DNA from: a virus
DNA: 64,000 bases
IMG/VR virus record: IMGVR_UViG_3300031976_000907
Coordinates: 7,351-71,350 of that record
Reading direction: 5' to 3' (one strand)
Notes under the pieces: model-generated
The model's database searches: none
The model's input: only the letters and a program-made list of their open reading frames with translations
What the model was told of the DNA's origin: nothing
Part shown: one piece after another, positions 45,115 to 56,400 of the stretch
How the letters are laid out: the number at the start of each line of letters is the position of its first letter
How positions within the stretch are numbered: position 1 is the first letter of the stretch
Position numbers and translations under genes: made by a program

Positions 45115-46301
45115 GTGATGAGCTGCTGAAGAATGATGATAGCTTTTTAGAGCTATCAGATGACGAAATCATGAACATGGATTTCGATAGTATTCCCAGC
45201 GGCACTGAAGCAGAAGAGGGCGATCAGCCCTCGGAAGCTGAAAGTGACGATGCGGTAGAAGCTGAAGAACCAACTGAAGAGGCACCTGAAGATGATGTGC
45301 CAGAAGATACTGATGATTCAGATACTGCTGCTGATGACAGCAGTGATACCGATGATGATTCTGCGGAAGATAAAGTAGATACGCAGGATGTATTTGACGG
45401 TACAGATGAGCCTGCAGAGTCGGTAGACGACGCTGAGGACGATGCACAAGACGAACCAGAGTCAGACAAGACTGATGACGGTATCGACTATAAAGCTGAG
45501 TACATGAAGGTATTGGCTCCATTCAAAGCCAATGGTAAAGAGATCAAAGTAGACTCCGTCGATGAAGCGATTCAGCTCATGCAGATGGGCGCCAACTATA
45601 CAAAAAAGATGTCTGGCTTAAAACCACACATGAAATTGTTAAAGATGTTGGAGAACAATAGTTTACTTGAAGAATCTAAGCTAAATTACCTCATAGATCT
45701 GGACAAGAAAAATCCAGATGCTATTCGTAATCTTATCAAGGAAAGCGGAATTGACCCACTTGATATAGATACTTCTGATAAGACGAGCTACAAACCCCAG
45801 TCTTACACTGTGGATGAGCGGGAGATTGAGTTAGATTCGGTACTTGAAGGCATTCAGCACACCGACTCTTACGGCAAGACTGTCGATCTCATCAGCAATA
45901 AGTGGGATGAAGCAAGTCGCAAAATCATCGTGCAAAACCCCCAAGTTATTCAGGTTATCAACGAGCACATGTCTAACGGCATTTATGCTCAGATCGACGC
46001 TGTAATGACGAAGGAGCGAGCACTTGGTCGGCTAAACGGTAAATCTGATATTGAGGCTTATCGTGAAATTGGTGACAGGATATTTGCGCAAGGTGGATTC
46101 GCACAGCAACCCGCAGTGAAAGAACCTGCCAAACCCACTCCTAAACCTAAGAAGCAAGCTGATCCTAAAGTCGTTAATCGCAAGAAAGCGGCAGCCCCTA
46201 CTAAGACGGCACCAACCTCTCAAGCGAAAGATTCAGACTTTAACCCATTAAGCATGTCGGATGATGAATTCGACAAATTAGTTGCAAGCAAGTTTCTCTA
46301 A
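45111..46301 (+). CDS. N4 gp57-like protein (acidic; scaffold-like)
   Basis: Asp/Glu-rich N-terminus, PFKANG...LMQMGANYTKKM, NPLSMSDDEF. Confidence 0.8.
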   Translation: MSDELLKNDDSFLELSDDEIMNMDFDSIPSGTEAEEGDQPSEAESDDAVEAEEPTEEAPEDDVPEDTDDSDTAADDSSDTDDDSAEDKVDTQDVFDGTDEPAESVDDAEDDAQDEPESDKTDDGIDYKAEYMKVLAPFKANGKEIKVDSVDEAIQLMQMGANYTKKMSGLKPHMKLLKMLENNSLLEESKLNYLIDLDKKNPDAIRNLIKESGIDPLDIDTSDKTSYKPQSYTVDEREIELDSVLEGIQHTDSYGKTVDLISNKWDEASRKIIVQNPQVIQVINEHMSNGIYAQIDAVMTKERALGRLNGKSDIEAYREIGDRIFAQGGFAQQPAVKEPAKPTPKPKKQADPKVVNRKKAAAPTKTAPTSQAKDSDFNPLSMSDDEFDKLVASKFL

Positions 46302-46319
46302 ATATTAAGGAGCGAGAAA

Positions 46320-47486
46320 ATGGCACAGTCATACAACGATCCAATTGGTGGATCTAACTCATCTGTAGGTACTCAGCTACGTACTGATTACTTCTACAAG
46401 AAAGCACTTATCGAAGCTAAAAAAGAGCAGTACTTCTCTCAGCTAGCTGACGTAACTGCAATGCCTAAGCACATGGGTAAAACCATCAAGCTTTTCCACT
46501 ACATGCCTCTACTTGACGATCGCAACGTCAACGACCAGGGTATCGATGCTAACGGTGTAGCGATTGCTGACGGTAACCTTTACGGTTCATCTAAAGACAT
46601 CGGTACTATCTCAGGCAAAATGCCAGCTCTTTCTGAGAACGGTGGTCGTGTTAACCGCGTTGGCTTCAAGCGTCTTGAACTTGAAGGTTCTATCGAGAAA
46701 TTCGGTTTCTTCGATGAGTACACTCAAGAGTCTCTAGACTTCGATTCTGATGCAGAACTTGAAATGCACGTTGCTCGTGAGATGGTTAACGGCGCATCTG
46801 AAATCACTGAAGATGCTCTACAGATCGACCTTCTAAACGGTGCAGGTGTTGTTCGTTACGCTGGTGCAGCTACTGCTAACGCTGGTATCGACGAAACTGC
46901 TGTTGTTACTTACGACGACCTTATGCGTCTAGCGATCGACCTAGATAACAACCGTACTCCTAAAGGTACTAAAGTTATCACTGGTACTCGTCTAGTTGAC
47001 ACTAAGACTATCGCAGCTGCTCGTATCATCTACGTTGGTTCAGAACTTCTTCCAACTCTACGTGCAATGACTGATCTACACGGCAACCCAGCATTCGTTC
47101 CAGTACAGCAGTACGCTGCAGCTGGTAACACTGTGACTGGTGAAGTTGGTTCTATCGACCAGTTCCGCATCGTTGTAGTTCCAGAAATGCTTAAGTGGGC
47201 TGGTGAAGGTGCTGCTGACGTAAACGGTACTGCTTACGAAACTGGCGGTAACGTTGACGTATTCCCAATGCTTGTTGTTGGTGATGGTTCATTCACTACT
47301 ATCGGTTTCCAGACTGATGGTAAATCAGTGAAGTTCAAGATCACTCACAAGAAACCAGGTGAAGCGACTGCAGATCGTAACGATCCATACGGCGAAACTG
47401 GCTTCATGAGCATCAAGTGGTACTACGGTTCACTTATCCTACGTCCAGAGCGTCTGGCTGTAGTTAAAACTGCTGCAGTACTTTAA
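46320..47486 (+). CDS. Major capsid protein (N4 gp56-like)
   Basis: [47 protein letters not shown]; strongly biased codons. Confidence 0.95.
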   Translation: MAQSYNDPIGGSNSSVGTQLRTDYFYKKALIEAKKEQYFSQLADVTAMPKHMGKTIKLFHYMPLLDDRNVNDQGIDANGVAIADGNLYGSSKDIGTISGKMPALSENGGRVNRVGFKRLELEGSIEKFGFFDEYTQESLDFDSDAELEMHVAREMVNGASEITEDALQIDLLNGAGVVRYAGAATANAGIDETAVVTYDDLMRLAIDLDNNRTPKGTKVITGTRLVDTKTIAAARIIYVGSELLPTLRAMTDLHGNPAFVPVQQYAAAGNTVTGEVGSIDQFRIVVVPEMLKWAGEGAADVNGTAYETGGNVDVFPMLVVGDGSFTTIGFQTDGKSVKFKITHKKPGEATADRNDPYGETGFMSIKWYYGSLILRPERLAVVKTAAVL

Positions 47487-47497
47487 GTACTAGCATA

Positions 47498-47522
47498 AAG
47501 CCCCATCCCAGTGATGGGGCTT
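47498..47522 (+). terminator. Terminator after the capsid gene
   Basis: AAGCCCCATC/GATGGGGCTT stem. Confidence 0.65.
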
Positions 47523-47561
47523 CCTTCCTTCTAATCCACGCTAAACAAGAGACTATCCCCT

Positions 47562-48110
47562 ATGTCTGATATTTCCCTCGATGATTTGAAAACACTAGCT
47601 GATGAGATGGGCTTGAAATACCACCCAGCTATTGGACGCGACAAACTAATCGCAAAGATTGAAGAAGCTCGTTCTGAGAATGCTATTGCTGATGCAGTAG
47701 CTGAAGTTGTTCCTGAGAAGCCAGAAGTTAAAAAAGAGACTCCTGGGCAGAAGCGTCAACGCCTTCAGAAAGAAGCCGCTAAATTGGTTCGCCTACGCGT
47801 AACCAACATGAACCCAAACAAGAAAGAGTGGGAAGGTGAGATCTTCACTGTATCTAACTCTGTTGTGGGTACATTCAAGAAGTACGTTCCATTTGGTGTT
47901 GAGTGGCATGTACCACACATCATCTATGAAGCGATTGTTGCTCGCCAGTGTCAGGTATTCACAACTGTGAACGGGCCACGTGGTAACAAGATGCGCAAAG
48001 GCAAAATGATTAAAGAGTTCAGTATTGAAGTATTGCCACCTCTGACTGAAGCAGAAATTAAAGATTTGGCTCAGCAACAGGCAATGTCTGGCGCAATCGA
48101 TCAGGAGTAA
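47562..48110 (+). CDS. N4 gp55-like protein
   Basis: KLVRLRVTNMNPNKK..EGEIFTVSN...KYVPF; synteny. Confidence 0.8.
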   Translation: MSDISLDDLKTLADEMGLKYHPAIGRDKLIAKIEEARSENAIADAVAEVVPEKPEVKKETPGQKRQRLQKEAAKLVRLRVTNMNPNKKEWEGEIFTVSNSVVGTFKKYVPFGVEWHVPHIIYEAIVARQCQVFTTVNGPRGNKMRKGKMIKEFSIEVLPPLTEAEIKDLAQQQAMSGAIDQE

Positions 48111-48113
48111 CAC

Positions 48114-49112
48114 ATGGCGATTACTGCAGTAACTGAAGGTACTCTCAACGGTAAAGGTGTATTTGATGTCCTTATGCGGGCAGCAAAAGAGCACCTAAAT
48201 GAAGAGTTCAAAAAGAACCGCTTCTCCGGTGAAGACTACGCAAACCTTTACTTGGGTACGATGAATGCAGTTCTGCAGCAATCGATCCAATACGCACTGA
48301 CAGCCGATCAATCGGCTGCTCAGGCGTCTCTATTAGCAGCTCAAACTGATAAGACTCGCCGTGAAGAAGCTGTGGTTGCACAGCAACTGGCTAACCTTGC
48401 AACAGAAGGTAAGAACCTTATCAAAGTTGGTTTGAAGCTAGATGAAGAAGTTCAGCTAACCGCAGAGCAGATTAAAAAGCTGGCTGCTGATATTGCACTG
48501 ACTGAACAGCAAGAAGATAACTTGAAGCTTGAAGGTACGATCATTCCTCTGCAGGGCATCAAGGTACAAGCTGATATCAACATGTCTCAGTATGCTCAAG
48601 AGAAGTTACAGGAAGAGACTCTACTCGTTGAACAGCAGCGTCAAAACGCTTCCGCAGAGGGCTTAAACATTCCTAAGCAGGGTTTGTTGATTGATGCACA
48701 AACGGCTAAGACGAATGCAGATGCAGCAGCTTCAACCGCTAATGTAAACGTATTGACGGCTACAGCTGGAAAAGTCACAGCAGACGAAGCTCAGATCCAA
48801 GCAGCAATTGCCAAGATCAACAAAGAAGTTGAAGTGCTGGATCAACGTCGTAAGACAGAGATTGCACAGACAGCAGATATGGTTGATGGCATCACAGTAG
48901 GCGGTGTACTTGGTAAGCAGAAAGCATTGTATGCAGCTCAGACAGATGGTTTCCAACGTGACGCTGAGCAGAAGCTTGCGAAGCTTATGGTGGATGTCTG
49001 GTCTGTACAGCGTACTACCGACGAAGGTATTTCACCTGCAGGTGCTGGTCTATCAGACGCTGAGATTCAGCGTGTGGTTCAAAAAGCTAAAACAGGCATT
49101 GGCGTAGTCTAA
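48114..49112 (+). CDS. N4 gp54-like virion structural protein
   Basis: GKGVFDVLMRA, GVLGKQKALY..Q.DGF.RDAEQK. Confidence 0.8.
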   Translation: MAITAVTEGTLNGKGVFDVLMRAAKEHLNEEFKKNRFSGEDYANLYLGTMNAVLQQSIQYALTADQSAAQASLLAAQTDKTRREEAVVAQQLANLATEGKNLIKVGLKLDEEVQLTAEQIKKLAADIALTEQQEDNLKLEGTIIPLQGIKVQADINMSQYAQEKLQEETLLVEQQRQNASAEGLNIPKQGLLIDAQTAKTNADAAASTANVNVLTATAGKVTADEAQIQAAIAKINKEVEVLDQRRKTEIAQTADMVDGITVGGVLGKQKALYAAQTDGFQRDAEQKLAKLMVDVWSVQRTTDEGISPAGAGLSDAEIQRVVQKAKTGIGVV

Positions 49113-49140
49113 TGCTTAAACGAGTTAGCGTGAGGGGGTT

Positions 49141-49166
49141 GGGGGGCGTTTAGCCCCCCTTTTTTT
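49141..49166 (+). terminator. Rho-independent terminator
   Basis: GGGGGC/GCCCCC stem plus T-tract. Confidence 0.65.
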
Positions 49167-49169
49167 ACT

Positions 49170-51479
49170 ATGGGATTATTCAGTTCAAAAAAGAAGATCA
49201 GCGTATCTTCAACTTCAGCGCCACTGATTGGTATTGAGCCACAGCTTATTACTAAAGCTGTACTTAATGTTATCCGTAATGGTGACAACCTTACTGAGCG
49301 TTTGATCCAAGATATGTTGGATGGGGCAGGGCCAAAGGTACGCCGTGCCTATCGCTATGCGCGTGATAACTACACCTTGGGATTGCCGCAAGGTTACTCA
49401 GAAAGCCTGAACTATGATGACACTCAGATAGAAGGTGTCATTGAAGCATCGATTGGTGAGCCAATCACACTACGAGATTCTATATTGGATTATGGAGATC
49501 CTGGTTTTCAGTTCATGAAGTACGTGAACGAAAACTATGATTGGGACTTTGAAACCAATGATGTAACGACTACTGAAAAAGGGTCGGCTGATGGTATTGC
49601 TCGTTTAATCGAATTCCGTGATGCACTAAGTGACGCCTCTGTTGCGGCATTGCCTGAAGCTGAAGCGCCTACGACAGGAACATACGAGAACGGTATTCAG
49701 TGGAAACGTACGGTTACGTACAATCGTAACGTAGATTTTGTACTGGGCGCAGACAGCGCAGTATTTACCAGTAAGCTTGATAACGTTGTATTTAGCGAGT
49801 ACGACGCTGAGTTAGAACAGGTCGATGTTAGCTACGACTTTGTGTACACATTAGCTACATCTTTCTCAGGCGGATATGTAATTACTCGTATTGAGAAACT
49901 TGAAACGTGGGCAGTTGGATTGGATCCAACAGTCGATGATCCATCGTTAACTACCTTTACTAAAACCTACACTGAAGACTCTTTATTTGAATCGTACTTT
50001 GATGAGTGGAGTACTACTCAGTCTCTGAGCATCACAGATTATACGCTTCAAGATTACTATTACTTTGCGACGTACCGTTTAGCAGATGGCTCACCTAAAG
50101 TGTGGCTATACAAAGTTGAAGACGGGACTTACCCAGAATTAGCGTTTACAACCTACACAGGAAACAGCTCGCCGTTTTACCCAATTGTTCCTATTCGTAG
50201 ACACAATGTAGATCTATGCGCAGAAGGGTACTGGGAAACAGAACTGTACAAGACGAGTAAAAAGTTACTCGACAAGATTGAAATTGATATCCAAGACATC
50301 CGTACAGCAATCAATGAAAACCCTGATGTGGGTGAGATTGATCACGCCATACTGATGTTTGGCACACGTCTGAATACTGACAACAAAGCAGCTATTGAAT
50401 ACTTGGCTCGATTCTGGGATCGCATGTACGGACAGTACGTGAGTGATACTGGCAGCAGTGCTAATGGCTCGTTTAAAGTACAAGACTCTGTACTCGATCT
50501 TCGCATTTCTTGGAGCGATATCGACGTTGAGACAGTAACGGGTAGAGCACATCCTACTGAAGAAGCGGCACGTGACTTTGAAGAAGGTTACGTAGAGTTT
50601 CGTTTACAGACAGGAGACAATCGCTATAAGCGTATTAAGGTGTACAACCCTGTACTGACTAACTACGTTTATTCAGGGCACACAGTAGTTACCAACCTTA
50701 GTGATGCTCAGTCAGAAGATAACAATAACTTTGTTATTCCCCTGCATTACGACATTGTCGATTCAATGGGCGCATTGAAGCGCAACTCATTGTATTACGA
50801 CTCACTTCAAATGGTGTTCAACTCTTACAAAGTTACCAAAGTGAAGTGGTATCAAAGGAGCTTCTTTCAAACTCTTCTCAAGATAGCGGCTATTGCCCTT
50901 ACTATCTACACGATGGGTTCTGGATCGTTCGCAGCAGCGATTGTCGCAGGCGACTACGCTGCCGCTGCCATGATATTGATTGAAGCCATTGTCGTCTCAT
51001 ACGCTATATCTGTTGGTTTTAAATACCTTGTTAAAGCGCTTGGTATTGAGAACTCATTTATTGTTGCAGTCATTGCAGCAGCGATTGCGGTATATCAGCT
51101 ATCAGTTTCTGGTTGGAATATAGATCAGGCTGCTTGGGCAGATGTTTTATTACAGGCTGCTTCAGGATTAAGTTCTGGAATATCAGCAAACCTTGGTGAA
51201 GCATTTAAAGATTTACAAAATGACTTCGATGTTTTCGAGGAGGAATATAAAGAAAGCCTCGATGCATTAAAAGAAGCACAGGAATTATTATCAGTTGACG
51301 GATTAATAGACCCAATGGAGTTTGTTTATTCAGAACCAATGATAAACTTTAATGAATATCCGTCTGACTATTATGAACGAACTATTCATTCAGGAAATAC
51401 AGGCACTTTAGGTTTTAAAATAATGTCGAATTACCACGACCTTATGCTTGATTTGCCAAAACCTAATTACGGTTTATAA
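49170..51479 (+). CDS. N4 gp53-like protein with C-terminal TM segments
   Basis: MGLFSSKKKISVSS start; KVKWYQ followed by hydrophobic helices. Confidence 0.8.
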   Translation: MGLFSSKKKISVSSTSAPLIGIEPQLITKAVLNVIRNGDNLTERLIQDMLDGAGPKVRRAYRYARDNYTLGLPQGYSESLNYDDTQIEGVIEASIGEPITLRDSILDYGDPGFQFMKYVNENYDWDFETNDVTTTEKGSADGIARLIEFRDALSDASVAALPEAEAPTTGTYENGIQWKRTVTYNRNVDFVLGADSAVFTSKLDNVVFSEYDAELEQVDVSYDFVYTLATSFSGGYVITRIEKLETWAVGLDPTVDDPSLTTFTKTYTEDSLFESYFDEWSTTQSLSITDYTLQDYYYFATYRLADGSPKVWLYKVEDGTYPELAFTTYTGNSSPFYPIVPIRRHNVDLCAEGYWETELYKTSKKLLDKIEIDIQDIRTAINENPDVGEIDHAILMFGTRLNTDNKAAIEYLARFWDRMYGQYVSDTGSSANGSFKVQDSVLDLRISWSDIDVETVTGRAHPTEEAARDFEEGYVEFRLQTGDNRYKRIKVYNPVLTNYVYSGHTVVTNLSDAQSEDNNNFVIPLHYDIVDSMGALKRNSLYYDSLQMVFNSYKVTKVKWYQRSFFQTLLKIAAIALTIYTMGSGSFAAAIVAGDYAAAAMILIEAIVVSYAISVGFKYLVKALGIENSFIVAVIAAAIAVYQLSVSGWNIDQAAWADVLLQAASGLSSGISANLGEAFKDLQNDFDVFEEEYKESLDALKEAQELLSVDGLIDPMEFVYSEPMINFNEYPSDYYERTIHSGNTGTLGFKIMSNYHDLMLDLPKPNYGL

Positions 51480-51493
51480 GAGGTTTATATTAA

Positions 51494-52030
51494 ATGAATT
51501 ACACATCACCAGATTTTGGTTTGCAGAGCATGCAGAACTGGGGTAACTGGCAAGCACCAACGACACCAGCAATGGGCATGGACATGTCAGGCTGGAGTGC
51601 AGGTAACGTACCTGCGTATTTGTTAGCTGAGAACGGTTACCAAATGTCACCACAGACATCATGGAACAGCTTTACTTCAGGGCTAAGCAATACACTAGGT
51701 GATTTTGGCTCAGGCGTATCTGAATTCATGAACGGTGACTTTATGAAAGGCGCTTTGGGTTACAAGGATGCAAACGGTGTACAGCAGCAGGGTTGGGGTG
51801 CTCCTCTACTAGGCGCTATCAGCGGCATTGGTCAATCTTGGTTGGGTATGCAGCAGCTAGATCTTGCACGTGATCAGTTTGCATTGAAAAAGGATTTGGC
51901 TATGACAAACCTTGCAAACCAACAGAAGCTAACGAATGCGTCACTTGAAGATCGCCAGCGTGCACGTCTCGGTGCAAACCCAACAGGTTACCAGTCAGTT
52001 GGTGACTACATGAAGAAAAACGGAGTTTAA
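51494..52030 (+). CDS. N4 gp52-like ejection protein
   Basis: NLANQQKLTNASLEDRQRAR motif; no Cys. Confidence 0.78.
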   Translation: MNYTSPDFGLQSMQNWGNWQAPTTPAMGMDMSGWSAGNVPAYLLAENGYQMSPQTSWNSFTSGLSNTLGDFGSGVSEFMNGDFMKGALGYKDANGVQQQGWGAPLLGAISGIGQSWLGMQQLDLARDQFALKKDLAMTNLANQQKLTNASLEDRQRARLGANPTGYQSVGDYMKKNGV

Positions 52031-52032
52031 TT

Positions 52033-53370
52033 ATGCCGATCACCTGGAAGAACATTAATGCTCCAAGCTTCACTGATGTGAACAGCTCAGCCGCAGCCGC
52101 AGCTAAGATGATTACAGGTGGTCTGGGTAAACTCGCAAGTACTGCTGAAGACTATTCTCAAGGGCAACAAGAAGCATGGGAGCAGACTAAAGCAGCTAAC
52201 ACGCAAAACGTTCTTAATGAGGTTGCAGGACTGAATGATCTAGCAGGGTACGACGCACTACAGCAGCGTCTTAACCCACAAGCTCTTCAGCAGCAGTACG
52301 GTGCACAGGTTGATACTTCTAAGATCTTGAGTGCATTGGGTCAGCGCGATAATCAGTTAATGCAGGATGAGACTGATGCATACAACTACCAAAACACTTT
52401 GGCTGAGCGTACTGCCGCACCTTTGCGTAACCAGTTCAACGCACTATTGGGTGCTAACGACTACAAGGGCGCTCAAGCGTTCCTAGACGCTAACAAAGAC
52501 ATCATTCCGAACGCAGGCGAGTTGTATAACACACTTGAAACAAACCAGCGTGAAGACAGCGATTACAACTACACAACTGGTCAGCGCAATATGAAGGACT
52601 CTGCTGCGACGATCATTCAAGATGTAGCGCGTAATGTAGACGATGAATCCAAAGTGATGGGTGAGTTGGCTAGTCGTTTGAAAGAAGCAGGCGTTAGTGG
52701 TGCTGCTTACAATGCTGCATTGAACGAAGGTCGTCAGACTTGGGGCAGTTGGAACCAGTTAACTGAACAGCAACGACAAGAACAGTCAGCGCTTCAAGCA
52801 TCAGGTGAACAGAACCTAGAAGTTCTTGGACGTGCCTTAGATCGTCAACGCGAAAACCTTAACATTCGCTTCAGTGAAGACGAGATCCAAGGTTGGATGA
52901 ACGATGAAAATATTCAGCAAGCGGATGCCTATAGATACGTTGGTGAGAATGCAGGTGAGTCGAGTCTGTTTACTCCCGATGATTGGTTTGCTGACGGTAA
53001 GCAAGGTGCTGAAAATGTGGTACCTGCCATGCAAGACCTTGTCAGCGAGCTAGAAACTAAACTGATTCGTAGTAAAAACCCACTTATTGAACAAACAGGT
53101 AATAGTATTCCCGGTGCGGTTATCAAACGTGCGTTTGATATGATCGGTAAAGACAAAGATGGGCAGACTTACATGTCTCAGTTTAAACGCAACCTTAAAA
53201 AGGTATGGGATCAATATTCATTGGCTCGTGCTGATATTGAAACGTTACGTGCATTTAATTATAACGCCGATCAAGCACGCACAGCTGCTGAATCTAAATT
53301 AGCGGGTGACTTAAGTGCATTAAAACAATTGCAGCGACAAACGATTATCGATAATAAACGAACTAGGTAA
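52033..53370 (+). CDS. N4 gp51-like ejection protein
   Basis: MPITWKNI start; no Cys; immediately upstream of vRNAP. Confidence 0.75.
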   Translation: MPITWKNINAPSFTDVNSSAAAAAKMITGGLGKLASTAEDYSQGQQEAWEQTKAANTQNVLNEVAGLNDLAGYDALQQRLNPQALQQQYGAQVDTSKILSALGQRDNQLMQDETDAYNYQNTLAERTAAPLRNQFNALLGANDYKGAQAFLDANKDIIPNAGELYNTLETNQREDSDYNYTTGQRNMKDSAATIIQDVARNVDDESKVMGELASRLKEAGVSGAAYNAALNEGRQTWGSWNQLTEQQRQEQSALQASGEQNLEVLGRALDRQRENLNIRFSEDEIQGWMNDENIQQADAYRYVGENAGESSLFTPDDWFADGKQGAENVVPAMQDLVSELETKLIRSKNPLIEQTGNSIPGAVIKRAFDMIGKDKDGQTYMSQFKRNLKKVWDQYSLARADIETLRAFNYNADQARTAAESKLAGDLSALKQLQRQTIIDNKRTR

Positions 53371-53393
53371 TTAAAAATTAAATAGTTCATAAT

Positions 53394-53419
53394 AGCCCGT
53401 ATATTTTACGGGCTTTTTT
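53394..53419 (+). terminator. Terminator between gp51-like and vRNAP
   Basis: AGCCCGTA/TACGGGCT stem plus TTTTT. Confidence 0.7.
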
Positions 53420-53442
53420 ATTTATTCGAGGATTAATATTAA

Positions 53443-56400
53443 ATGAGCAGCAACAATCCTTATTCCCCTTTAATAACTCCCCCTACAAAAGAAGACGCAG
53501 TTAATAATGCATCCGTTGAAAAACAGAATATATTAACGCAGCGCGTTAACCCTTTATCTCAACAAGAATTAATCCAGCAAAACGCTGACTCTATTCGTGC
53601 CCGTCAATATGAACAAGCGGTACGTGAATCAGATTCTTGGGTTACTGATGAAGGTTTGGATAGTTTTGGGGGAACGGTTGCTAACTCAGTTGCTGCTGCT
53701 GTTGAAATAGGGGTTCCTCGACTATTAAGCCAAACACTTGGTTTACTGCCTAATGCTGTCAGCGCCATGCAAATTCGTGGCGTGCCTGATGCTGCTATTG
53801 AAAGCTACAACAAGCAGATGGGCATTGATGGTATGACTCGTGAGCTTGATCGTCAGCGCCGTTTGGCAATGGCAGACAGCATCATGGGCACACTGTCAGC
53901 AGATGATTACCAGAACCGTATGGCATTCTTGGATCAGAAAGCTGCAGAGATCCCTACACTGCGTCCTGAAGAGAATGCTCTACTTGATCAAGTACTTCAG
54001 CAAGATGAAGGCCCATCGATTGATGAGTTCTCTCAAGAAGACACTTCAGCGCCAGCAGGTAACCCTGTTACGTATCGCTCTAAATTGAACGCTGCTCTTC
54101 GTTCAAGCAATGCGGCAGCTGAGATTGATAAGTTCTTTATGGAAGATACGATTGTATCTGGCATCTTCAACGACTCAAGCCGTAAAGATTTAATCTCTGA
54201 AATAGAGACTGCATGGAATATTAACAGTACTGGCTTTGATAAAGCTGATGCTGCTGAAGCCAAAGGTAACTACGGAGAAGCTACTTGGGAAGGTGTTAAA
54301 ACCTTAGCAGGTTTAATTGCAGACGGTGGTTCAGCTATTGCAAGCAATCCTGGTGCATCTGTTGAATACGCAATGGAGAATGCTCCACGGTTATTAACGG
54401 GCTTGTTTGGTAAGAGTGCGCTGGCGCTAACGAATACTGGTTACGCGATGGATACTTACCGTCGTGGTCTTGAAGCTTACCAATCTGAAAATAACGGCAA
54501 CCTTCCTGATAAAGATACTCAGGGCAAAATGCTGATGTCAGCGCTTGCAGCTGGCGGTGTTGAAATGGTGGCAGACTCGGCGCTATTGAAAGCAGCGGGT
54601 CTAGGTAAAGCAGCACCTAATCCAACACAAACATTGAAAGGCGCGTTACTAAGCAGGGCTACAACACCGGTTACATCAGGTATTGGTGAAGGTGTTACTG
54701 AAGGTATTCAGACTGGCTTAGAACAACTTGCTGAAGGTAAGTCACTGGACGAAATTGATGGTGGTGAAGTCTATGCTGGTGCAGTTATTGGTACAGCTGC
54801 AGGTGGTGCTACAACAGTTCCAGGATCTGCATTAGGCGCAGTTGGTGACACAGTTCGTAAGACAGCGATAGAGCCGCTACAAAAGCGTGCAATTAAAGCT
54901 GCAGCTGAACAGCAAGTCGAAGATGCTAAGAACGCTGAGATCGATGAAGCCATTAATACAGCAATTGGTACTAAAGTACCAAGTCCAGTTATTAAATCTA
55001 CTTCTGAAGGCGAAAATCAGTCTGATTTTGCAATATCAGATGTGCTCTCTAGAATTGCCGCCCGTCATAAATCTGTCACACAGCCTTCGGAAGAGGGTAG
55101 TGAGCCAAATCTAGAGGAGGGTAAAAAACTTGTTACAGCAGCACGTCAAACGATGGTGGCTGCACGTAACAAAGCAGAGCAAGTCTCTGATCAAATTGAT
55201 GCCCTCGATAAGCAGTACGAAGGTACTGAACTACCTGCCGACGTTGCCGAACAACGTGAATCGCTTATTAGGGAAGAAGAAAGCCTTCAGGCTGAAGTCT
55301 CTGATAACGCGCAAGCCTTTAAAGATCTTGTTGCTGCACAGAACAGCCTGACCAGCACAGAAGAAGATGTGAATACTGTAGTCAACGCAACGGAGCAGAC
55401 TCAGCAGTTCAAGATCGCAAAACAACAAATAATTGACAAGACACTGAGTTCTATGGAGTCGGTTACGGTTGAGCAAGTAAGGAATGTACTTGATAAAGCC
55501 TCAACACTTCTATCAGAAGAAGAGCGTAACCAGTTAGAAAACTATGCAGAAACAAAGGAGCGATTAGACGCTGCTAAATCAGTTGATGAAGTAAACCAAC
55601 TAATCATTGAAGGCGGAACAGATACAAACGGGCGAGTGTACAAAGGTGCTGAAGAGTACCGAGATGAAATTACACTGGCAGTCCAGACAGGCGATACGCG
55701 CAAAGCGCAGATGAGCCTGATCAAACTAAGAGAATTTACTGAACGACATCGTGCGAAAGCCAATGCGTTTAAGAAAGCGTTTGCCCCGTATGCAAGAGCA
55801 CGTACTCAAGCAAGCAAGCTAGCCCCGACCAAGGAAGAGCTTGATGCAAAACAATACGTAGAAGAGAACTTCCAAACGCAATCTGGCAAGGCTTACGATG
55901 TAGGATTTAATTTTGGATCAATTGCACAAGCTACTGTGTACGAAGCGTCAGCCTTAGAAGCAACGTTACGTGAAGCAGAAGCATTGGTTCAAACTAAGAA
56001 AATAGATGATGTAACAACTGAAACAGAGACAGCCGCTGATCCATTAGTGACTGAGGATACTTCAACGACACCCGACGCCAATCAAGTAGTCGAAGAAGCA
56101 TCCCAGTCTCCTCAGCAAACTGAGGAACTTATTCCAGAAGAACAAGCGGCTGAAACTTTACAGGAACCGACAAGTAGTCAACAAGAGACTAATTCTCAAG
56201 AAGGTACTGTAGATGAAAATATTAGTCAGACCAGTAATGAAAGTGCTGTTAGTGGGTTAGTACGTCCAATTTCTGACGAAAGCATTGAACTATCTGCTGA
56301 TCAAAAAGTTGAACAAATCAACATCATAGATCGCAGTTTTAAAGTCAAAAATATTGTAGGCAGTGTGCTACATGGTATGCAGAACTTAGCTGAAACATTA

